NCBI GenBank assembly: GCA_965209055.1
Contig: OZ242374.1
Location: 4,480,001-4,544,000, forward strand
DNA length: 64,000 nt
Source of the DNA: Acidobacteriota bacterium
Lineage (GTDB): Bacteria; Acidobacteriota; UBA6911; RPQK01; JAJDTT01
Reading direction: 5' to 3'
Shown piece by piece: positions 24,341-35,200 of this stretch (within the stretch, counting starts at the first letter, position 1; each line of letters starts with the position of its first letter). The notes under the pieces were generated by a model. That model saw only the letters and a list, made by a program, of their open reading frames with translations. It was not told the DNA's origin and made no database searches. A program made the translations under genes and the position numbers.

Positions 24341-25870
24341 ATGACGCCGTTTCTGGCCATGGGCGGTCCACCGGGCCGATTCGAGGGGCTCCACGGCGTC
24401 GACTATGCGGCCATCCTCTTTTACCTGGCCGCAGTCGTCCTCCTCGGCTACACCTTCAGCCGGCGCCAGAGCGACACCGAGGAGTACTTCCTGGCGGGGC
24501 GGAACATGCCCTGGTTCGCCGTGGGGCTGAGCCTGCTGGCCTCCATCCTCTCCACCATCACCTATCTCTCCCACCCCGGCGAGATCATCAAACACGGACT
24601 GGGCGCCAACTCCCAGTTGCTCTCCTATCCCATCGTCTTCCTTCTGGTGGGGTACCTGGTGGTTCCCTTCCTGATGCGACTGAAGATCACCTCGGCCTAC
24701 GAGTGCCTGGAGCGGCAATTCGACCTCTCCACGCGCCTCTTCGGGGCCACCATCTTCGTCCTGATCCGGCTGGCGTGGATGGGGACCATCGTCTTCACGG
24801 CAGCCGGCGCCCTGGCCACCATCAGCGGCCTGCCCTTCACCACGGTGGTCCTGGGGGTGGCGGCCGTGGGCACCGTCTATACGACTCTGGGCGGGATCCG
24901 GGCCGTGATCTGGACCGACGTGGTGCAGTTCTTCATCCTCCTGGCCGGCGCCCTATTCACCATCGCGTATGTCGCCCTCGACGCCGGGACCGGACCGCTC
25001 ACCTGGTACGGGCAGATGGCGGCGGCGGACATGGAGCCCCAGCCTCTCTTCAGCCTCGACCCGACGGTCCGGTTGACCTGGTTCGGGATGATCCTGTGGA
25101 CCCTCTTCTGGTGGATCTGCACCGCGGCCGGAGACCAGGTGGCCGTCCAGCGCTATCTCAGCACCGGCTCGGCCGCTTCGGCGCGGCGCTCGTTCGCCTG
25201 CAATCTGACGGCGAGCGTCGTCATCACTCTCCTTCTGAGCCTGTGCGGAATGGCGCTCTATTCCTACTACCAGACCCATCTCCCCGCGGACACGGACAGC
25301 GTCTTCCCGCACTTCATCGGTCACGTCCTCCCCCGGGGCCTGGCCGGGCTGGTGGTGGCGGCCCTCTTCTCCGCGGCCATGTCGAGCCTGGATTCGGGGA
25401 TCAATTCCATCTCCTCAGTGATCATTACCGACTACTACCGGCGTCTCCGGACCGTGGCCGTCACTCCCCACGGCGAGTTGAAGCTGGCCCGGGCCGTGAC
25501 CGTCGCCGCGGGAGTCGCAGCCATCCTGATCTGTTTCCTGTTGGATTCCATTCCCGACGATCAGCGTGGAAACCTCTTCGACCTGACGGGCCGGATCAGC
25601 AGCTTCCTGGTGGGCACCCTGGGGGCGATGATGTTTCTGGCCATCCTGAAGGTCCCGGCCAGCGGCCGGGCGGTCATCGTGTCCGCCCTTGCGGGGATGT
25701 CGGCGGGCCTGGTCTGGGCCCAGGGCCACTGGCTCTTCGGCCTCCCGCGGTTGGCCTGGATGTGGGTGATCCCGGTCTCCTCGCTGATCACGTTCGGATC
25801 GGCGCTGGTCCTGTCCCGAATTTGTCCCGCCCGGACTCGGGAGCGGCCAAACCAGGAGTTCGTTGAATGA
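24341..25870 (+). CDS. Sodium:solute symporter (SSS) family
   Basis: YFLAGRNMPW, SAYECLERQF, GGIRAVIWTDVVQ, DQVAVQRYL, AAMSSLDSGINS. Confidence 0.92.
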   Translation: MTPFLAMGGPPGRFEGLHGVDYAAILFYLAAVVLLGYTFSRRQSDTEEYFLAGRNMPWFAVGLSLLASILSTITYLSHPGEIIKHGLGANSQLLSYPIVFLLVGYLVVPFLMRLKITSAYECLERQFDLSTRLFGATIFVLIRLAWMGTIVFTAAGALATISGLPFTTVVLGVAAVGTVYTTLGGIRAVIWTDVVQFFILLAGALFTIAYVALDAGTGPLTWYGQMAAADMEPQPLFSLDPTVRLTWFGMILWTLFWWICTAAGDQVAVQRYLSTGSAASARRSFACNLTASVVITLLLSLCGMALYSYYQTHLPADTDSVFPHFIGHVLPRGLAGLVVAALFSAAMSSLDSGINSISSVIITDYYRRLRTVAVTPHGELKLARAVTVAAGVAAILICFLLDSIPDDQRGNLFDLTGRISSFLVGTLGAMMFLAILKVPASGRAVIVSALAGMSAGLVWAQGHWLFGLPRLAWMWVIPVSSLITFGSALVLSRICPARTRERPNQEFVE

Positions 25871-27408
25871 AACGCAGGTGGACGCCGATCCTTATGCGAC
25901 CGCCGGTTCTTGCGCTTCTCTTCCCCACGTTCTGCTGGAGCCTCCACTCGGAGGTCCTGGATGTCGGTTCGCGGCTGGAGTTGTTCGTGGAACCTTCCCT
26001 GGTGGAAGAGCTTCGGGGCGAGGCCCGGCTCCAACTGCAGCGTCCGATTCCCAGGGAGGCGGTCCTGGTGACCGACCGGCCCTGGGAGGGGAACGCCTGC
26101 TTCACCTTCACCATCTTTCAGGACGGAAACCTCTACCGGATGTACTACCGGGGCTGGCACTTCGAGACCGGGAAGAGGCTCGAATTTCCGCGCCGGCAGG
26201 TGACCTGCTATGCCGAGAGCCTCGACGGGGTCCACTGGTACCGGCCCCAACTGGGCCTGGTGGAGTTCGAGGGGTCCACGCGGAACAACATCCTCATGGA
26301 TCGGCTTGCAGACGGCGACATCATCCGCAACTTCGTCCCCTTCAAGGACCCCAATCCGGCCGCCTCGCCCGACGCACGCTACAAGGCTCTCTCCTGGAGC
26401 CGGCTCCGGGGGCTCTACGCGTGGAAGTCGGCCGACGCCATCCACTGGGAGCTGATGACGGACCGCCTGGTCATCACCCAGGGCTACTTCGACTCCCAGA
26501 ACCTGGCCTTCTGGGATTCGTTCCGGAACGAGTACCGTGAATACCACCGCGACTTCCGGCCGACCGCGGAGAATCAGCCGAGGACCAGGGGCATCCGGGA
26601 CGTCATGACCGGAACCTCCCAGGACTTTCTGAATTGGACCGACCCGGTCTGGCTCAGCTATCGGGGCTCCGCCGACGTGCAGCTCTACACCAACCAGATC
26701 ATCCCGTATTACCGGGCTCCCCACATCCTGCTGGGGTTTCCCAACCGCTACATCGAACGGGGATGGTCCGACTCCATGAGAGCCCTCCCGGGTTTGGAGC
26801 ACCGCCGGTTGCGGGCCGCCATCAGTCTCCGGTACGGCACGGTATTGACCGAGGGCCTCCTGATGGCAAGCCGGGACCGGGTCCGATTCCACCGCTGGCC
26901 GGAGGCCTTCATCCGGCCCGGCCTGAGACCGGTGGACAACTGGACCTACGGCGACAACGTCCAGAACTGGGGCCTGGTGGAAACCCGCAGCCACATCGAG
27001 GGGGCTCCCAACGAGATCTCCATGTACGCCACCGAGGGCTATTGGAGAGGCAAGAGTCTCAACCTGCGGCGTTTCACCCTACGGCTCGACGGCTTCGTGG
27101 CCGTATCCGCGCCCATGTCAGGCGGAGAGATCGTCACTCGCCCCATTCGCTTCCAGGGAGACCGCCTGCTGCTGAACTTCTCCACCTCAGCGGCGGGAAG
27201 CCTGAGGGTCGAGATCCAGGACGCCGCGGGAAGACCCATGGAGGGCTACGGCCTGGAGGATTGCCCTCCCACGTTCGGCGACGAACTGGAGCGGGAGGTC
27301 CGCTGGAAGCAGGGTCCGGAGGTCGGCGGACTGGCGGGTCAAACCGTGCGTCTTCGCTTCGTTTTAATGGACGCGGACCTCTTCGCCTTTCGTTTCACCG
27401 CCCGGTGA
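25867..27408 (+). CDS. Secreted beta-propeller glycoside hydrolase-like protein (GH32/GH130-like fold)
   Basis: Signal peptide; DRPWEG, YRMYY, CYAESLDGVHW, FDSQN, LRLDGF; coupled to the SSS gene (ATGA overlap). Confidence 0.65.
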   Translation: MKRRWTPILMRPPVLALLFPTFCWSLHSEVLDVGSRLELFVEPSLVEELRGEARLQLQRPIPREAVLVTDRPWEGNACFTFTIFQDGNLYRMYYRGWHFETGKRLEFPRRQVTCYAESLDGVHWYRPQLGLVEFEGSTRNNILMDRLADGDIIRNFVPFKDPNPAASPDARYKALSWSRLRGLYAWKSADAIHWELMTDRLVITQGYFDSQNLAFWDSFRNEYREYHRDFRPTAENQPRTRGIRDVMTGTSQDFLNWTDPVWLSYRGSADVQLYTNQIIPYYRAPHILLGFPNRYIERGWSDSMRALPGLEHRRLRAAISLRYGTVLTEGLLMASRDRVRFHRWPEAFIRPGLRPVDNWTYGDNVQNWGLVETRSHIEGAPNEISMYATEGYWRGKSLNLRRFTLRLDGFVAVSAPMSGGEIVTRPIRFQGDRLLLNFSTSAAGSLRVEIQDAAGRPMEGYGLEDCPPTFGDELEREVRWKQGPEVGGLAGQTVRLRFVLMDADLFAFRFTAR

Positions 27409-27418
27409 GGAATTTGCG

Positions 27419-28549
27419 TCAATCCCCCGTCTGGGCCGGCTCTTCGGGATAGCGAAGATGCCAGGCACACCGGCCACAGCAGGTCTTGCCCAGACGATCG
27501 AAGATTCCGCCGTGGTGGTGCAGTTCCGGATGCCGGTCGTTGGCCCGGCAGAGAGGCCATCTCCGGCCGTCCGCCTCGTGGTAGCCGGCAAACGAGGGAC
27601 AGTCCTCCCGGACCACGCCGTCACCGTCCTGTGGAAGATCGATGCGATCGGGCAGTTCCGCCGGTCCCCGGCGCCAGGCCCGCAGCATGCCGGCTCCCTT
27701 GGCCAGGGCATCGGCGGCCAGATCGCCGTTTGCGGCATCGGCCGGCCGCAAGACGAAGCAATCGGGATCGTCGGCCATGATGGTGGCCATGAACCGGCGG
27801 AAGACGCGGGCCCGGATCAACCCCGAGTCGCTGCGTCCGACCTTGCCGGTGGTCATGATCCCCGAGGCCCGGACCACGTCCTGCATGATCCCGGGAAAAT
27901 CGTACTGGATCCGCTTTCCCGTGGCGCAGTAGGAGAGATGGCGGACCTCGGGATGGTAGTAGCCCAGGTAGCCCACCTCCAGGAGGTCCTCGTAGTAGTG
28001 CCAGAGCGTGATGGTGTCGACTCCGACTCCCAGGATGACGATGCAACCGTCCCACTCCACCACTTTCTCGAACGGATTCCCCCGGCCGCACGGCGTGGGG
28101 CACTCCCGCTGTCCCCGCAGGGCATCCCTCCGCCGGGCCCCGTTGGCGATCCAGGAGTGGGTGGGATGGCAGCCTCGCAGGCGGCCGGGGCGTTGGAGAG
28201 CGGCGTTGGGGATCGCCCCCTCCCGGCTGGCCCACTGGCTGGGGCAGAAGTCCTGCGGGCAGACCCCGCGGCAGTCCGGGAGGGCCATATGCTCGGTCCA
28301 GGCGCCTCCCGTGAAGGCCGGTGTCAACAAGGTCCCCTCCGGTCCCATGGCCTCCAGGAAGGCCTCCACCACCGTCGCCGCACCTCCCTCGACCCATCCC
28401 AGGCGGCTCAGGGAGCTGTGCAGCATGACGCAGTCCCCTTTTCGCACCCCGAGCCGAGTGAGATCCTGCGTCAAGCGTTTCCTGGTGATGCTTCGGGGCG
28501 AAGAGGGGATGTTGAGAGAGGTCTCTGCCACTGGCTGCGAGAATGTCAC
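27419..28549 (-). CDS. AAC(3)/YokD-family N-acetyltransferase with Cys-rich extension
   Basis: LGVRKGDCVMLHSSLSRLGWVEGGA, GTLLTPAFT, HPTHSW, LGVG...TLWHYYE; start uncertain. Confidence 0.85.
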   Translation of the reverse strand: MTFSQPVAETSLNIPSSPRSITRKRLTQDLTRLGVRKGDCVMLHSSLSRLGWVEGGAATVVEAFLEAMGPEGTLLTPAFTGGAWTEHMALPDCRGVCPQDFCPSQWASREGAIPNAALQRPGRLRGCHPTHSWIANGARRRDALRGQRECPTPCGRGNPFEKVVEWDGCIVILGVGVDTITLWHYYEDLLEVGYLGYYHPEVRHLSYCATGKRIQYDFPGIMQDVVRASGIMTTGKVGRSDSGLIRARVFRRFMATIMADDPDCFVLRPADAANGDLAADALAKGAGMLRAWRRGPAELPDRIDLPQDGDGVVREDCPSFAGYHEADGRRWPLCRANDRHPELHHHGGIFDRLGKTCCGRCAWHLRYPEEPAQTGD

Positions 28550-28761
28550 AGCACCCGAAACGGATCAAGACGTCTCGGATCTGAGGATTCCTCTATATTG
28601 TGGCCCCAAGCAAGCAGCGCAACAGGGACTGGTCCAACTACGAGCCCATTGAGATCCGAATGACGAGCGTTGTCGTTGGTGACAACATATGGCATGCGCA
28701 CAAGGACACGCCCCATCGGATGGATTCGGGCGGCACGGATATCGGGTCCGCCCGCGCCGAT

Positions 28762-28886
28762 CGGGGAAATCGGAGGTGGACGGGAGCGCCCCCCTTTTCG
28801 CTGCCCGGATCGGGCACGGCGGCGTTGCGCAACTTACCTTTGCGCAACGCCGCCTGGGGGGGCGCTCCCGTCCCATCAATCCTTGC
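28762..28886 (+). other. Conserved branched stem-loop element, copy 2 (candidate oriT, ssDNA origin or ncRNA)
   Basis: Homologous to 15832-15959 with compensatory stem changes; ends in AATCCTTGC. Confidence 0.7.
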
Positions 28887-29016
28887 GGACTGTTTCCCTA
28901 AAGCCCATAAACCATTCTCTATAATAGAGTTATGAGATTTCCACCACCGCTCTTCCCCCCATTCTTTCCACCGGGATGAATCGGATGTCTTTGGCCCTTC
29001 GTGGCCGTGAACGGAC
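28885..29016 (+). repeat. Left 132-bp inverted repeat
   Basis: GCGGACTGTTTC...CCATTCTCTATAATAGAGTTATGA...CCATTCTTTCCACCGGGA...TTCGTGGCCGTGAACGGAC. Confidence 0.9.
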
Positions 29017-29419
29017 GTAACCGTTCGGTCAAGCCGTGGAGATCGACTTCCTGAGCCGGCCCTGCGGCCTCGCGCTCAAAGAGAGACAAACACCTGACGA
29101 AGGGCCACCTCTCCACCTCCAACGGGGTGGAGGCACAGACCGGATAATGTGCCCCATGGTGTCAGAACGATGCGGGTGTCAGAACGATGCGGTCGAATCG
29201 CGTGCCGTACAAAGATTTTGCGGCCGACGATCACCTGCCGCTATCCTTTCCCACGGAGATCTTACTGCCGCGAAGAGTGGTTCAAGCCCGACAGCAACCC
29301 AACGGGAATTGATCACTGCGGCGAGGATGCCGACCGACCTCTCTTCCACGGCTTGACCGAACGGTTACCCTTGGACTCCATGGACGAGTTTCGAGCCTCA
29401 ACTCGAAACCAAGCCGCCT

Positions 29420-29625
29420 AGCGTGGGAGTCGGTGAAGCGCCACCGAAGGCGCGAATTGGATCCGGAAAGCCATCGAGCAGGATCATGCCATGGCCCTGC
29501 TTGCGCTCCGTTACTTTGACGGCCAGGGACTCGAAAAAGCCGCCGCCGTGGCCGAGAGGTGGGTGCGCAAGGCCGCACGACAAGGCAATACCTTCGCTTC
29601 TGACCTTATCGGTCTCGGGAACCTA
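29420..29625 (+). pseudogene. Degraded Sel1-repeat protein
   Basis: Manual translation EGANWIRKAIEQDHAMALLALRYFDGQGLEKAAAVAERWVRKAARQGN; in-frame TGA at 29434 and an apparent frameshift upstream. Confidence 0.7.
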
Positions 29626-30045
29626 GATCCGCGATCCGGAAACAAGGGCCAGAGGACGACACCCTGATCCCTGCCCGTGACCCTCTGATATTCGCCCGGT
29701 GGAGCGGTCCGCCGCTGCCCTCTCCTTGCCCGATTTGGTGAGCCCATTGGAGTGAAAAACGAGGCAAGGTTCCTATCCGTCGGGTCGACAACTCCTCCTG
29801 CACTTCGGCCAAAAGGTTTTCCATCGCATCATTAAATACTGTCGGGAGGCCCCTCGTTACCTGGAGGAATAGACCTGGATGCCCGCTCACTCCCTAAGAA
29901 TTTCCTATCCTAGCGAACAAAGATCCGCGACTTTCTTTCTGGCGGCGCCCTTGGGTTCGAGTTTGCGGGTCTCGTCGGAGCCAACTACAGCACTGGGGCG
30001 ATTCTCTCGATTCCCGCCAGGGACTTCTCAGCCCCCTTATAGCGT

Positions 30046-30381
30046 GTGAATTGGAATCGCATCAGTTCGAGGTCCCTGATCGTCATCGGCGTGGTCGCCT
30101 TCATCGTCTGCTTATTGGGTTTCTTTGGGGCCATCTTCAAAGTTCCCTTTCTCGGGTCCGGCATTTGGGTTGCCGGCATCACTCTGAGCGCAATCTGGAC
30201 CCGGGACGCCATTCTATGCCTACTGGCAGAGAAGGCGGCATGTCAAGCAAATGTCCTCACTGCGGAGAAGCACCTGCGTAAGGTTCGGATGTTGCAAAAG
30301 AAGGACAGAGCGATCAGGTGGGAGTACGAACTGGGCCGAGATGTCGGATGCAAAAAAGGGAAATCCCATTGGTTGTCCTGA
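30046..30381 (+). CDS. Small membrane protein, hypothetical
   Basis: Two hydrophobic segments in a 111-aa ORF. Confidence 0.45.
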   Translation: MNWNRISSRSLIVIGVVAFIVCLLGFFGAIFKVPFLGSGIWVAGITLSAIWTRDAILCLLAEKAACQANVLTAEKHLRKVRMLQKKDRAIRWEYELGRDVGCKKGKSHWLS

Positions 30382-30560
30382 TACCAGCCCCGATCGTTCT
30401 GGTCGGAGACGCTAAATCCACGGTTCAGAACATCGGCGAAGAGATGCTGATCGCCCCCATTTGCAGGATGTCGCATGGCTACAGCACTACGGTTGTGGTC
30501 AGAGATGCCGCGCTGCTGCTGAACTTCCTCGGATTCTGAAGGGATAAAAAGAAGGTTGCC

Positions 30561-31298
30561 ATGAAGTCAATGTCCGTTTTCGTATCCGTACTCCTGTTGT
30601 TAGTCCCCGCCACCAGTCTCGCCCAGGAGAAGGAGCTTGTCGCGCCGATATTCACGCAGGTCGATCCGTTGCGCTCTTGGCTCTCCATTTCGGAATCTTC
30701 GGGCCGGTATGTCGTAGTGGAAGTGCGGGAGTACACGAACGCGGGAGAGAGAGCGCACGAGAGGAGCTACTTTCTCGACCCCAATACAATTGTCGCTTAT
30801 TCCGCATACGCTGATTTGGGCATTGGTCCCGTCGCGAAGAACGGATGGGCACGGGTGACTTTTCCGGACGACCGAGACCTGCATATCGTCAGTACAACAT
30901 GGGACTACAGTCGGCGCGGTAGGTACGCTGAGTCCCAGCTTGTAGAACCTGCCCCGGCGTTCCGCCTGTTCGCCAAGTCAACGTCCGAAGGAGAAACAGG
31001 GATCGCCATCGTCAACCCGACGTCGGAGACGCAGACAGTCTCCGTGGCCTTTCACGAGTATCACCCGCGCTACAAGAACGTGACAGAGAAGGAGTGGGAA
31101 ATTGAAGCCGGGAACAGATTGAGCATGTTCCTTTCAGAATGGCTTCCCCTGGAAGAATTCGAAGGCGACGAGCACTGGTTCACTGGCATCGTGCGAGTCC
31201 AAGGGGAAACCGTCATCGCTGTGGGAGCTCTCACTTACTCACTGGCGACGGAGTGGTTTGAGACGGTTCTTGTTACAGAGGAGAACGGCGATGAGTAA
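30561..31298 (+). CDS. Secreted hypothetical protein (beta-sandwich), paralog A
   Basis: Signal MKSMSVFV..SLA; ETGIAIVNPT...RLSMFLSE...GIVRVQGETVIAVGAL. Confidence 0.75.
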   Translation: MKSMSVFVSVLLLLVPATSLAQEKELVAPIFTQVDPLRSWLSISESSGRYVVVEVREYTNAGERAHERSYFLDPNTIVAYSAYADLGIGPVAKNGWARVTFPDDRDLHIVSTTWDYSRRGRYAESQLVEPAPAFRLFAKSTSEGETGIAIVNPTSETQTVSVAFHEYHPRYKNVTEKEWEIEAGNRLSMFLSEWLPLEEFEGDEHWFTGIVRVQGETVIAVGALTYSLATEWFETVLVTEENGDE

Positions 31299-31308
31299 GG
31301 ATACTGCC

Positions 31309-32136
31309 GTGAAGTCAATATCTGCGTTCGTGCTCGGTCTTTTCCTGCTCCCGTTGCTTCTCGGCGCCGGAAACAACAACCCGCTCACAACGACACCCCA
31401 GCCGCTCAAGGTTCTGATTGCCCCGATCTACCCTCAGACCTGGCCCCTGAGGACCTCTGTCACCCTGTTCGAAGCTCGTGGCCGAGCGATGGGGTTCTAC
31501 CTCCATGAGTTCACTGAAACGGGACATTACGTCGTGGGAGGAGGATTCCGTCACTTTATCGGCGCCAATTCCAGCGAGTCCTTATCCTTCTTCCATGACT
31601 TCTCAGGAAGGACAGTTGGAAACGGCGGCTGGGCGCGGTACACGTATCCAAGCCAGGATCGGGAGCTTCGGGGATTCGTCAATATTACGAAGCACAAAGA
31701 AGGCGAGCCGGAGTTTACGGTCCGGACGAGAGCGGTGGAACCAGCCAAGGGCTTTCGACTCCTGGCCTATCGTGGGGGCAACGAGGAGACGGCTATCTCA
31801 ATCGTCAACCCTACGGAAGAGGAGCAAGGAGTCACGGTCCGATTGTACGGCGGATGGACCATTCCGATCTCGAACGCAAGACCGGATCCCCGGTTCGTGG
31901 AAAAGTCTTGGACGCTTGGCCCTATGACCCGCCTGAGCCGGTTCCTCTCAGAGTTGCTTCCTATTGAAGGGTATGACGATTCGACAGGCAGAACTGACGA
32001 TAGGCCAGGCAGAACCCACGGTATAGTCCACGTCCAAGGCGAAACTCAGATTGCGGTGGGTGCTCTGGGATTTGATCACGAGACCGGCGAGTTTTGGGGA
32101 TTGCCCGTATTTGCCGAACCACCAGAGCACCCTTGA
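31309..32136 (+). CDS. Secreted hypothetical protein, paralog B
   Basis: GTG 31309 gives MKSISAFV, parallel to paralog A; ETAISIVNPT...RLSRFLSE...GIVHVQGETQIAVGAL. Confidence 0.75.
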   Translation: MKSISAFVLGLFLLPLLLGAGNNNPLTTTPQPLKVLIAPIYPQTWPLRTSVTLFEARGRAMGFYLHEFTETGHYVVGGGFRHFIGANSSESLSFFHDFSGRTVGNGGWARYTYPSQDRELRGFVNITKHKEGEPEFTVRTRAVEPAKGFRLLAYRGGNEETAISIVNPTEEEQGVTVRLYGGWTIPISNARPDPRFVEKSWTLGPMTRLSRFLSELLPIEGYDDSTGRTDDRPGRTHGIVHVQGETQIAVGALGFDHETGEFWGLPVFAEPPEHP

Positions 32137-32291
32137 GATTCCTTCCTCAGAAAATCCAGCAATTGGTTGCTACGGAGGTCGCGTCAACCCGTCGTGCAGG
32201 TGCAGGACCAGAGCCGGCAGACTTTTCCTCGCGTTGATACTCCAGATGCCCCGTGTCCAAGGATCCGCCGTCTCTAGCTCTACTCGTCAGG

Positions 32292-35200
32292 TCATCGGAG
32301 AACCGGGACCATGGGCAATGTGGTGAAGATCCGGTTATCGGCATCCATCTCCAGGGCCACTCCCGTGAAGGCTCCACCCGGCGGCGCAGTGCAGAGGACC
32401 GAGCCGGTAAAATCGGAGGTATCAGCGTCCTTGAAGAGTTCGTCGATGAAATGGGCCACTTGACCGCCGGCGTCCAGATCGATCTCCGTCTCGGTCAACA
32501 TTCGGCCGTTCTGCATCAGTGCGCAGGTCAACGTCATGGTTTCCGGTTCCAGATTGCGGACCGCAGCTCCGGTGTTGATCCCGTTCCCCTGGCGCCGGAC
32601 GGGGAACATCGCGGCCGCGACGGGTAGGCTGGCGCCAATCCCGGCCATCCCCACGCTTGGGACGTCTAAGCGCAGGACCCCGCCAACGGGTCCGTCAGAC
32701 TCCACCCGCACGGATCCCGTCACCAATTCCCCTTGCCCATGGGTCGAGATCGTGAGCTCGCTCAGAGCCAACATTTCCGCCCCGATGCTCAGTGCTCCGT
32801 CCTCCCGGACCTCCAGGTCTCCCACCACTTCCACCACCGATTCCGCGTCAATTTGGTCGCCCTGCCGATCATAGAAGTAGACGGAGGGCCGGATCGGATC
32901 GGCCCCCACGTTCACTAACACCAACTCGGATCGAATGGACGATCCGTTCCCGAAATGCGCGAAGACCAAAGTCCCTTCCCCGCTCCCGTCCGCCAAAGGC
33001 TCCACCGGCACCATCGGCAAGGTTGTGAAGATCCGATTTTCGGTATCCATTACCACGGCCACTCCCGTGAATAGCTTGCCGCGTGGTGAGGTACAGCGCA
33101 CCGAACCAACGAAGTCGGACGTTTCGTTCTGGGTGAACAATTCGTCGATGAACCGGGCCGCTTGCCCGTCACGCGTCAGTGAGATCTGCGTCTCTTCCAG
33201 CACCGTGCCCGCTTGCAGCAACTGACACTGCACCCTCATCCATTCGTCTCCCCGGCTGCGGATCGCGACCGCCGTGCGGATCCCTCCCGCCTGGTTTCGA
33301 GCCGGGAAGATGGCGTCCCGAACGCGCGGACTCGCTCCCACCCCGGCCACCCCGATGTCCGGATTGACATAGCGGAGGACCCCGCCGAGGGGACCTTCGG
33401 ACTCCACCCGCACCGATCCGGACACAATCGTCCGTCGAGGATGGGTCGAGATCGTGCGCTCCCCCAGAGGCTCGATGCCCGTCCGAACCCTCAGCGTGCC
33501 GTCCTCCTGGACCTCCAGATCCTCCCTCATCTCCACCAGCCATCCGCCGGACAGGAGATTCCCTCCACGGTCCAGGAAGGAGACGACCGGACGGATCGGC
33601 TCGTCGCCCACGTTCACCAACACCAATTCGGACGTAATGGACTCCCCATTGGCGAAATGGGCAAAGTGCAGATTCGGCATCTCCAGAACGTTCAGCGGCA
33701 AGTGGGGCGACTTGACCAGAGTGAGTTCCGTATCAATGGAGCTCGGCATCGCGGGCAACTCGCCGATATCCACGAAGACGGCAGAGGCCGGGCCGGGGTT
33801 CCGGGAAACGGTGAACGTGGCGCTATACACGCTGCCCCTGGGGATATTGATGTGGCTCGAACCGCCGTCAAGGACGCCGTTGACGACGTTGATCGGCAAC
33901 ACGATCTCAAAGAGGGCCCCGGAGTCGGCCCGGGCTCTGAACCGGCCTTCCCCAGCGAATTCCAGGGAAATCATTGTGGTCAGTTGGTTCCAGTTGTCAG
34001 ACAGAGAAAGTCTTTGCAGCGAGGGCAACCCGGAAAAGATCCCCTCCGGCAGTGCCGTCAGGCGATTGGTAGACAACCAAAGCGATTCCAACGAGGACAG
34101 CCCGGAAAAGATCCCCTCCTGCAGTGCGGTCAGGTGATTGTCAGACAACCCAAGCGCTTTCAAAGAGGACAGCCCCGCGAAAACCCCGGCCGACAGCGTC
34201 GTCAGGTCGTTACGAGTCAGGTAGAGCACTTCCAGAGAAAACAGCCCGGCGAAGACTCCGACCGGGAGTGTCGTCAGGTCGTTATCGCCCAGGTAGAGCT
34301 CTTTCAGAGAGGACAGCTCACCGAAGATCCCAGCCGGCAGCGTCCTCAGGTCGTTATTTCTCAGGTAGAGCTCTTCCAGCGAGGACAGCCCAGCGAAGGT
34401 CCCGACTGGAAGCGACCTCAGCTCGTTCGAACGCAGATAGAGCACTCGCAGTGAGGACAAACCGGCGAAGACCCCGGCCGGCAGCGTCCTCAGGTCGTTG
34501 TTTCTCAAGTAGAGCTCTTCCAGCGAGGACAGCTCGTAGAAGACCCCAGCCGGTAGCGTCGTCAGATGGTTGTTGTCCAGATAGAGCTGTTTCAAGGACG
34601 ACAGTCCAGAGAAGGCCCCGGCCGACAGCGTCGTCAGGCCGTTGTCATCCAGAGAGAGCCATTCCAGCGAGGACAGCCCGGAGAAGACCCCGATCGGCAA
34701 CGGCGTAAGACGGTTGCCACCCAGAGAGAGCCCTTCCAGCGAAGACAACCCGGAGAAGACGCCGACCGGGAGTGTCGTCAGGCCGTTGCCACCAAGATAG
34801 AGCCGTTCCAGCGAGGACAACCCCGAGAAGACTCCGACCGGCAGCGTCGTCAAGCCGTTGCCACCCAGAGAAAGATCTTCCAGCGAGGACAGCTCGGAGA
34901 AGACGCCGGTCGGCAACGTCGTCAAGCTGTTTCTAACCAGAGTGAGATCTTCCAGCGAGGACAACCCGGAGAAGACGCCGACCGGGAGTGTCGTCAGGTC
35001 GGTATCGCCCAGGGAGAGCTCTTTCAGAGAGGACAGCTCACCGAAGATCCCGGCCGACAGCGTCGTCAGTCGATTGTCTGTTAAATCGAGCCCTTCCAGC
35101 GTGGACAGTTCCGCGAAAATCCCGGCCGGCAGTGTCGTTAATCGATTGCCGCTCAGATCGAGACTTTTCAACGACGACAACCCGGAGAAGATCCCGGCCG

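Noticed and set aside
27419-28549. Bona fide aminoglycoside resistance gene
   Set aside because: Family membership alone is insufficient; architecture and chromosomal context are atypical
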